Origin: Azolla caroliniana
Taxonomy: Eukaryota > Plantae > Polypodiophyta
Direction: 5' to 3'
Assembly (NCBI GenBank): GCA_043228905.1
Contig: JBHGNT010000887.1
Location: 1-14,225, forward strand
Length of the DNA stretch: 14,225 nt
Each line of letters starts with the position of its first letter. Position 1 is the first letter of the stretch. Made by a program: the position numbers and the translations under genes. Below are positions 1-8,040 of the stretch, one piece after another. The notes beneath the pieces were generated by a model. The model was not told the DNA's origin, did no database searches, and saw only the letters and a program-made list of their open reading frames with translations.

Positions 1-589
1 AAGTAGGTTTCAGGGTGTCGTCCGTTGCTCTTCCCCGCTTCTTGGTTTGGACGGGCTCGACCGGTGGTGCCAACAGGGTGAGCCATTGTGTCACCGGATG
101 CCATATTTTCCGGCCTTCCTTGCCATCCTTTCCTCTTACTATATCAATCACCATACATAGCTCGTCGGCGATTAGCACCAGCCAATCTACCTTGACCCCT
201 TCGTACGTTGCGATGATCAAGCCTACTCGGTTTTGAGGCATGACGGGGGGTCGAGGGTACACGTGGCCGAACTCATGGAGCACCCGGGAAATTTCGCGGA
301 ATAGCATATCTTCGCCGCCTTGTGTCTTGTAGCCCTTGCTGGCTAGAGAGTACTCACCGAAGTATTTGATGAGTTGCTCAGAGGTAGGATTGTCGATCGT
401 GTAGATGCCTCCCTCCGGAAGGCCTATTAATGCACGGATCGCCTCCTCCGTGATCACCTCTGTTTCAATTTCTTTTATAATCTTTTTGGCCTCCTTGTGT
501 GGCGCCGCCTCCATGATCGTTAAGAAACCGTCCAGGCCGTGCTGCCGTAACCATTTCTTGGCAGCTTCAGACAACTTTTGGCAGTCCAT
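1..589 (-). CDS. Extra sense ORF 3' of integrase (eORF/env-like position), >=196 aa, open to window edge, function unknown
   Basis: Manual translation from ATG 589: MDCQKLSEAAKKWLRQHGLDGFLTIMEAAPHKEAKKIIKEIETEVITEEAIRALIGLPEGG...FREISRVLHEFGHVYPRPP...GLIIATYEGVKVDWLVLIADEL...KKRGRATDDTLKPT with no stop. Absent from the ORF track because it runs off the window. Confidence 0.75.
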   Translation of the reverse strand, partial: MDCQKLSEAAKKWLRQHGLDGFLTIMEAAPHKEAKKIIKEIETEVITEEAIRALIGLPEGGIYTIDNPTSEQLIKYFGEYSLASKGYKTQGGEDMLFREISRVLHEFGHVYPRPPVMPQNRVGLIIATYEGVKVDWLVLIADELCMVIDIVRGKDGKEGRKIWHPVTQWLTLLAPPVEPVQTKKRGRATDDTLKPT

Positions 590-995
590 CTCTACGTCGA
601 GGTCGGAGAGCGTTGGCGAGGTTTGATGGTGGGGAGTGTGAGAGAGAAAGTTCTGAGGGAGGGGGTTCTATTTGTGCGAGCTCTCTACGATTGATCTTCA
701 CGCTTCGCTCTGCGTCTGTTCTCCTTGGTTCGCGATAGGAGAAGGTCTCGATGCGTGGGGGTTTTTCTCTCTACATCTTGGCACCTTTTTCAAGCCTCAG
801 CATGTGCAGGTCGTGTACTATAATAGCATTGCGTGCCATGTGGCGGTGGATTAATGTCCTATTCATAGCTCCTCGTACCTTTTCGACGTGCCTCTTTACT
901 CCTCGTGTGCATGGTCGTTTCCACCACTCCTTTCCATGATTTATTTGATTCGCTCCTTTATTCTTTTTCTTTTTTTCTTTTTTTTTCTTGTGTGG

Positions 996-2297
996 TTAAT
1001 TTTTCTCTGGTCCTGTCTGACCTTTACCCGAAATGTGCAACTTGCCGGCCTCTTGACGATTTGCCGTCGTTTTGCTCTCCTCGGTTGCCGATTCATGCTC
1101 CTCCTTACTGGCTTGGTGGTAGTCGTTGTCTTCACCGGTTGCCGTTATGGTTGGCCTGTCGGCGTCTAATTCAGTGGCGGCCCTTCGTTCAAAAGGGTTC
1201 TTAGGCATAGGTCCTTTGTATGGTTTTAGTCGAAATCCGTTGACCCATTTGCCCAACACTTCTCCGGCAAGTGTCCCCAACTGGTAGGACTCATTGAACT
1301 CGCATGTGATCCAGTACAGTCCGGTCCATCTAAACCGTAGTATACCTGGCATTTTGCCCATCTGGGTCTGGAACACAAGTACCGGCTTGCTGGTTCCGAA
1401 CATCTTTTCGTTTCCCTTCCGGTGCCGATCTACAAATGCTTTCCGTCTCCGTTGTTCCAATTCCAGGTGCATAATGCTCGCCAGTCGGTGTTCTTCCAAT
1501 TCACACAGAGCCTTTAGCTAAATTGCCTCCGATTCCTTTTCGTTCAATCGTTCCCAAATCTTAATCCGTAAGCTTGGTACCTGGAACTCGACTGGCATGA
1601 CTGCCTCTAATCCGAATGCTAACCGGAACGGTGTTGTTCGGATGCTTGTTTTGTACGTTGTTTGGTAAGCCCAGAGCGCACTGTGCAGCTTTGTGTCCCA
1701 ATCTGTTCGATTTTCATTGACGATCTTCTGGAGGATATTCTGGAGTGTTTTGTTCATTGACTTAGCTAACCCATTTGCTTGCGGATAGTAAGGTGTGCTT
1801 CGTTTATGTACTACCACATAGAACGCCGTCAAACTTTCTACCACTTGTCCAAGAAAGTGCCCTCCTTGGTCGCTTATTAGCTCTATGGGGCATCCGTACC
1901 GGCACCAAATGCATTCGTATAGGAATTTTGCTGTTGACGCCGCGGTGTTGTCTTGTAGGGCTTTCGATTCCACCCACTTAGTGCAGTAATCCATCGCGAC
2001 GATCACGTACCGGTTTCCGGTTCTCATTGCCGGTGGTTTAAATGGCCCAACAAAATCCAACCCCCATTTCTGGAATGGTTCTAGTGGTAGGACTGGTTGG
2101 TGTGGCATCCGAGCTTGTTCCGTTGGCTGACCCATTCGTTGGCATAGATCACACTCCTTCGCATACCGGACTGCATCTTTCAATGTGGTCGGCCACCATA
2201 GGCCACTTTGCCATACTTTCCTTGTCGTCGCATCTCCGGCATAATGGCCTCCCGTAGTATTACCTCCTTCTCGTCGCTGCGCACCGCTCGTCGCCAA
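996..2297 (-). pseudogene. pol: Outer element integrase (zinc-binding, DDE core, C-terminal GPY/F-like region), disrupted
   Basis: GHYAG...CDLC, KWGLDFVGPF, LISDQGGHF, TPYYPQANG and LRFRWTGLYWI...VNGFRLKPY. In-frame stop at 1518-1520 and a frameshift near 2245. Confidence 0.93.
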
Positions 2298-3067
2298 ATA
2301 CCGTCCGCACCTTTCTGGTATAGCATGTCCTGTAATAAACAGAAGTGCCGGCTCTGTACCACCAGGCGTTTTCTCTCGTCCTGGTTCATCTCCTCCGGAG
2401 GCAATCCGGTACTCAGAAATTGGTGCATATTAGTTAGCCACTTATCTTCTTGTGCCACCGTTTCATCTGTTGCCGTTTCCGTGGTGACTCGAAAAAGCTC
2501 TACATCCGGAAACTCGTCCGGTACTCCGTCACCTGTCTCCCCGGAATCTAACCGGCTTAGATAATCTGCTACCGCATGATGTATGCCGGGTCGGTGGAAT
2601 ATCTCGAATTCGAACTCTTGCAACAACAAAGTCCACCGGGCCAACTTACCGGTAAGTGACGCTTTGGATATTAGGTAGAGGAGTGCCGAATGATCTACAT
2701 GGAAGGAGAACTTTCTTCCCAATAAATAATGCCTGAATTTTGTTACACTGTAGATCATTCCTAAAGCTTCCCTTTCCATGGTAGAATAATTTCGTTCCAC
2801 TTGGGATAGCTTCCAGCTGGCATAGTACATTGGCCGGTACCACCTTGGCTCGGTAAGCTGCATGAGCTCGCTACCGATTGCCATATCGAAAGCGTCCACG
2901 AACACATGAAACTCTTTACTCCAATCCGGAGGCTGCACTACCGGTGCTTGGGACAATAACACCTTTAGTGCCTGGTACACCTTGTCTTCGATGTCGGTCC
3001 ATTGGAACGGTGTTCGATGTACTGCCGCATGCAGAGGTGTAGCCAGGTCTGCCAAATATCGGAGCAT
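2180..3067 (-). pseudogene. pol: Outer element RT connection and RNase H domain
   Basis: FHVFVDA..AIG, YYAS.KL, ERNYSTMEREAL, FRHYLLGRKF, HVDH, ARW.LLLQEFEFEI.HRPG..H.VAD.LSR. Confidence 0.93.
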
Positions 3068-3076
3068 ACGGCTATG

Positions 3077-3952
3077 CTAGCGGATTTTTCCTAGGAAACG
3101 GCTCAATGCCTTTGCCATTGCCGGTGCCGGTGCTTCCAGGATTGCTTTCACTTTGTCCGGATCTACGACAATGCCTTCCTTGCTCACTATATGCCCTAGT
3201 AGCATTCCGCTGGACACTCCAAATACACACTTCGCCGGATTCAGGCTTAGCCGGTACGCCCTACACTTCTCTAGACATAGTCTGAGATGCTGCAAATGAT
3301 CTTCTTCTTTGCTATATACGGCGAAGTCGTCAAGGAACACCTGCATAAAAGCCGGTATGTATTCGCCAAAGATCTCAATGATGATCCGTTGGAATGTTGC
3401 TGGTGCCGTTTTCAACCCGAACATCATCACCACCGCAACAAACACTCCCCATTCGGTGACGAAAGCCGTTTTCTCTTGATCCTCAGGGTGCATCCGGATC
3501 TGATTATACCCGCTCAATCCGTCTAAGAAACTGTAGACTTCATGGCCGGCGACGGCATCGAAAACTCCATCCGTAAACGGAAGGCGAAATGCATCCGTTA
3601 CCGTTGCCGCATTGAGCTTCCGGTAGTCTACACAAACTCTAATTTTTCCGTTCTTTTTCGGTACGACTACGATCGGGCTCAGCCATGTAGATTTATTTAC
3701 GGGACGGATGAAGCCAACCCTCAGCTATTTGTCGATCTCCTCCTTGACTATGGCGGCGTAGTTTGGGTTCATCCGGTACCGACGCTGTGCTACCGGCTTG
3801 GCGTCTTTGCTCAGATGTATCTGGTGCTGATACAATTGAGAATCCAGGCCTCTCATATCCTCGTAAGACCAAGCAAATACATCGCAAAACTCGTTGAGGA
3901 GTGTAATTATCGCCGTTTTGTTCTCTGCATTCATTTCTTTGGTGATGTGCAC
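3077..3952 (-). pseudogene. pol: Outer element reverse transcriptase, with in-frame stops
   Basis: DVFAW, WLSPIVVVPKKNGKIRVCVDYRKLN, FLDGLSGYNQI, MMFGLKTAPATFQR, VFLDDF, LNPAKC, LGHIV. One frame with stops at 3725 and 3077. Confidence 0.95.
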
Positions 3953-4651
3953 CGGTTTTGCCTCCTCCGCCGTTCCTAGATTTACCTCTTCTAATTGGGA
4001 CGCTTTTATGCGCTACGATATGGCCATTTCCCTTTCCAACGCCTCATGCGCATGCCGTAACTCCCAGATTGCTTCTTTATCCGGTTCCGCTTCGGTTCCG
4101 TCCGGTTGCAGTAAGTAGGGTGATACCGCTTCGACGACGTCAATTTCGAATAGGGGTACAATCTTCGGGTTCTCCAGCAAGTACTACTCTTCTTCTTCAT
4201 CTGCTAATCCTTCCAGCATATTGACACACTCCGCACATAACGGTGTCAGATCCTTGCCGGTGCCCTTTCTTGGTTGTGTTGGTACCCGTACCTTCGCTTT
4301 TCCCTGCCGGAATGTAATCATATTCCTCCTCCAGTTCTGCTTGATATGTGCCATCTTTAACCAAGGGCATTGATTACTATAATGTCCTTCTTGCCAGTAG
4401 TAATAGCAATATGCTTTCTGGGTGTTGTTGGATTCGGCATTGTTTCCTGTCCCCAGTGGAGGACTTGTGGTAACCGCGGGGCTCTGGTCCGGTTGGCTGC
4501 TTGAGGCGCCTTTTTCCGGTTCTCGTGGGTGGCTCCTGTTTTTGAAATGCCATTTTTTAAAGTTCTTTTTGTTGCGGTACCCTTGCGGGCTTGATCGTCA
4601 TACCTCCCGTAATCTTCCCGTCGTTGGTGATACCCAGGTGAGTGATCCCGG
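3953..4651 (-). pseudogene. Outer element Gag C-terminus (third zinc knuckle) fused to protease tail and linker
   Basis: Manual translation: ...AYCYYYWQEGHYSNQC-PWLKMAHIKQNWRRN...LEEVNLG, same frame as RT, TAG stops near 4185 and 4014. No D-[TS]-G motif. Confidence 0.75.
4648..4651. repeat. Left target-site duplication CCGG
   Basis: CCGG directly precedes the TG of the 5' LTR and recurs at 12403-12406. The 5-bp flanks differ (CCCGG vs CCGGT). Confidence 0.88.
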
Positions 4652-5057
4652 TGTCATGAAGATTTTCGGCAATAGTGTGAAAATCCCATAAAACGTACGA
4701 AATCGAGTATGAATCATATAGTACAATAATTATGAAGACAACATTTTAAATAAATTTAATATCTAAGTACAAAATGATGGAGGTTTCGAATGCACTTTAT
4801 TACACGAGAAACGGGCAACTAAATGTCAAGATATGAGGGTATAAAGTTTGTGAAAGGAAAAGAGAAAATTGTGAGATATCCCACATAGGCACGACAAATA
4901 CGGCTCTCATCATATATAAGGTGGAGCAAAAGATATTATCTTTGTGTCTATGTGTGGAACATAGAGAGTTCAAGGTAACTTGAACTAAGAGTGGAGGTGG
5001 GCTAGCTACTCGTAAAGGGTTTTGGCCAACCAAAACCGGACCCGCGATGGAGACGGT

Positions 5058-5174
5058 GATCCGACGCCAGTGAGACACCGACATCCGACGGCAATCCGGC
5101 GACATCCGACGACCGCACCGGTAACCGACGGCATCCCGCGGAGGCATCAGTATCCGACGACGGTATCCGGCGAC
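5058..5174 (+). repeat. Degenerate GC-rich ~10-bp tandem repeat (GCATCCGACG-like) in U3
   Basis: Units such as acatccgacg, gcaatccggcg, gtatccgacg. Related but rearranged copy at about 11698-11815. Confidence 0.7.
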
Positions 5175-5220
5175 TAGATAAATAAATATATAAATATATA
5201 TACATATTTACATATACAAG

Positions 5221-5293
5221 GAGGGCAAGTAAGGATTCGAACCTTGCACCTCCAAATTAGGAGTCAATTGGCTTACCATTAAACCATGCTATT
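5221..5293 (-). other. Degenerate tRNA-like / Pol III A-box and B-box module inside 5' LTR
   Basis: Minus strand TGGTTTAATGG (5286-5276) and GGTTCGAATCC (5243-5233) at tRNA spacing, T-arm AAGG-TTCGAAT-CCTT. Acceptor stem does not pair. Confidence 0.6.
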
Positions 5294-5466
5294 TAGTTGA
5301 AATTATATTTCTATCATTGTACTTTTACATGTAAATTCTCATACATGAGAGCTAAAATGAGTGACATGGTTATCATGCACCACATGTAATACATAAGCAC
5401 CAAATGGCAAACATGCAATTTATGCATGTCTTGTACCCTCACATGCATCATATGCATGAGAGCATC

Positions 5467-5473
5467 TATAAAA
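5467..5473 (+). promoter_or_regulatory. Candidate TATA box of inner LTR
   Basis: CTATAAAAG about 290 bp before the LTR end, identical at 12108-12114. Confidence 0.6.
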
Positions 5474-5769
5474 GAAGGAAGGGGGAGGAGAAAAAACACG
5501 GTTATTATTATTATTATTATGAAATTAAGAAGAAGAGATTCGTTATCAAATTGATGGTGTAACTTGTTTCTTAAATCTAAAGTTAAAAGTTCAATCAATC
5601 TCTCTCAATCATGTAATCTCAACTTCTCTCTTTCCCAATCTATCTTAAGTACTTTCTCGCTAAAGCTTGCGCCAAAGCTTTTACCGACTTTGAATCCTTC
5701 CGGTCCAGAACCCCGACGGTTCCGCCTCACGATCCGCGCGTAGTGACAGATCTTCACGACATAATTAAG

Positions 5770-5787
5770 TGGTGAACCCGACGTGAA
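5770..5787 (+). promoter_or_regulatory. Primer binding site complementary to tRNA-Trp
   Basis: TGGTGAACCCGACGTGAA is the reverse complement of the plant cytosolic tRNA-Trp 3' end as I recall it (...TTCACGTCGGGTTCACCA). Confidence 0.88.
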
Positions 5788-5828
5788 CGAGGCGGTAGGA
5801 AGGATCAAGTCGAGATTAATACTTGGAG

Positions 5829-7987
5829 ATGGCATCCTCAAGCAACCAAATGGGAGAGCTCGAAAGGATGATGCTAATCGTCGAGCAAATGATGAGATCT
5901 CGGGACAACGATGCGAGCGTGGAGAAGGCTGTCGATCGTGTCGTAGAGCTCGAGGGCCAATTCGATGGAAGGAACGTTACGAAGTTCCTTGATGCATATA
6001 GAAGGGAGATGAATCAGAGGGACGTGTCCGAGGCACATCAAATCGTAAGCTTCAAGAGAGTTGTCGCCAACAATATCCAAAGATGCGTCATCGAGCTTCA
6101 AGAAGGTAAGACAACATGGTCCGAGTTCGAAAAAACGATACTAGCGGAGTTCGTGACTGAAGACTCAACGAAGATGACTCGACATGCCCTGATGAAGTGG
6201 ATAGAGAAGAAGAATAAGAAGATGAGCGTCTCAAGGGTGTATGACGAATTCGACCAGATGTTTAGTCGTCTCCCCAATACGGACCAAGTGTTGCTTGAAG
6301 AGGACAAGACTTTGTACTTCTTGAAGGCCGTGGACATAAAGGATAGACGAGAGTTGGGGACTCTTCTCGATGATGATACCCAAGCAAATGGCTCGTACCG
6401 GACTGGATCGCGGTGAAGCGGGCATGCAATAGGCTCGACAAGCGTCGCCAATGGGTTGCAAGACCGCCGAAAGTAGCTGAGCCGCCAAGACAAAGTAACG
6501 TGGAAGAAAAGAAGATTGATGACAACATCATTGAAGAGCTAGCGAAGAAGTTCGAGAAGGTCACTCTAGCCAACATGAATCGTCGGGGCCCTAACGGAAA
6601 AGAACCCTTTAGATGCGTGTGGTGCGATAGCATGGACCACATGAGAAGGGATTGTGCGAGCCTTCGAGAGGCAATTCGACAATATATCATATACATAGAG
6701 GACAACATGATCTGCTCAAGCAAGACTAGAAGACCCCTACGGGTGAATTTCGGAAGAGGAGGAATGAAGAAATCTATGGAGGATGTCGATGCGACTCATG
6801 TGGATGCGATGCACTATGCTGCGTCGGCCGGAATAAGAGTCGGGAAAGACAAGACTGAAGCTGCTAGAGCGGGAGCAAAGTTTTGGACTTCCGTTCTCGA
6901 ATATGAGAAGATGGGAAAAGTCACATCGAACGAGGTAGAGCTTGCGGACCGAAGCGTGCAAAGCATAACCGGGTGGTCGGATCCGGTGGACGACAACACC
7001 ATACTCGCAGAGGTGATGTGCGACAACCACGAGGTGTTCGTCGAAGAAAAGAGACAGAGAATAGAAGAGCAAGGGCCATCAAAAAGACATGAAACAAGGA
7101 ACACGAAAAAGAAGGACGATGCGGACACGAGTCGACCTTTACAAACGGAGGAACGAGAATCAAGCTGAAAAGGGGAGCCGAGCATACGAGTTGAAGAAAC
7201 GGTTCGGCCCGTGAAGGTTGGTGTCGAAGACCCCGCTCGGAGGACAAGGACTATACCTACCTATAAGCTAAGGTCGGACATAGAGCAGACGACGGACCTA
7301 AAGAAGATTCTCGAAGAACGAGTTCTTGATAGCCACGTAACTTTGTCGTTGAGGGAATTGCTAGGCATTATGAAGAAGGAGTTCCATGACACGATCGTGG
7401 ACCTTGTAAAGAGGAAGAGACAACAATCAGACGAGGAAGAAGAGAAGCCGCAAAAAGCAAAAACGAATGCCATAACGATGGCAAGAGAAAAAATCGATGA
7501 AGATATGGTGGACAACCACTACACTCGACCTCATTGGGCACGAGCGACAACGGAGACGCCGCTGAAGATCGGGGAGAAGAAAGAGACCGTCGTAGCCTTG
7601 ATCGACCACGGCTCGGAGATCAACCTCATGTCAACCGACTTCTACAAAAAGGGAAGATGGCCAATCAATACAAACCACGGATGGAAGATTTGTGCGGCAA
7701 CAAAGTCTACGGAGGACTTGTACGGAGCTTGTCCCAATATCAAAGTCACGATCGGGGATGTGGAGATGGAACAACACTTCTTCATACAAGAATCGGCGTC
7801 GCATCCTGTCCTCCTAGGGCAACCTTATATCACATCATCTCGGATGGAGACCAAAGTGTTCGATAATGGAGCAGCCTCCGCACGAATAAAGAGTCTTGAC
7901 AACCAAAGATCGGTCCAATTCCTAACGGTGCGAGCCAATCATGAAAGGAATTGAGATAGTCTCGGAGGCGAATCCTCGGATTTTTAG
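5829..7987 (+). pseudogene. gag: Inner element ORF1: Gag (CCHC knuckle) plus aspartic protease
   Basis: ATG 5829 MASSSNQ, FDGRNVTKFL, CVWCDSMDHMRRDC, protease LIDHGSEINL...LLGQPY. Frameshift near 6390, TGA at 7166 and 7952 (probably from CGA), likely natural TAG at 7985-7987. Confidence 0.88.
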
Positions 7988-8040
7988 AGTGGACTATTGA
8001 AGCATGGGGCACAAATAGTCCGAGCAATCACAAGACCCCA
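7978..8040 (+). promoter_or_regulatory. Predicted -1 programmed ribosomal frameshift element (slippery heptamer plus pseudoknot)
   Basis: G GAT TTT at 7978-7984, 6-nt spacer, stem 1 GGACTATT/AATAGTCC, stem 2 TGGGG/CCCCA. The -1 frame is open into RT. Confidence 0.8.

Larger units (their letters stand above)
4652..5761 (+). repeat. Inner element 5' LTR (1110 bp)
   Basis: Starts TGTCATGAAGAT, ends ATCTTCACGACA (12-bp inverted termini, 1 mismatch). Direct repeat of 11543-12402. Confidence 0.96.

Noticed and set aside
888-1204. Plus-strand transmembrane-like ORFs as an env gene
   Set aside because: Phe-rich segment comes from the T tract antisense to the integrase tail.
4549-4600. Slippery-looking T TTA AAA / A AAA AAT near the outer gag -1 frame change
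   Set aside because: No clear stimulatory structure seen, and the -1 frame already reads Gag-like upstream (RSSPQGYRNKKNF). A 1-bp deletion near 4597 is simpler, though not excluded without sister copies.
4738-4974. MITE or CACTA insertion with 3-bp TSD
   Set aside because: No terminal inverted repeats or CACTA ends.
5058-5174. CRISPR-like array
   Set aside because: Units are about 10 bp, degenerate, have no unique spacers, and lie inside a eukaryotic LTR.
5221-5293. Functional tRNA gene
   Set aside because: Acceptor stem does not pair and the anticodon loop is non-canonical; kept only as a tRNA-like module.
5314-5598. 94-aa hydrophobic minus-strand ORF, duplicated at 11955-12239
   Set aside because: Lies in the LTR; the poly-Ile run comes from a (TTA)n microsatellite and the duplication is just LTR identity.
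7166-7168. Programmed stop readthrough between gag and protease
   Set aside because: No recognised readthrough context; CGA>TGA decay matches the other stops in this copy.
6098-7609. Many short antisense ORFs over gag and pol
   Set aside because: Shadow frames of the coding strand with no recognisable motifs.
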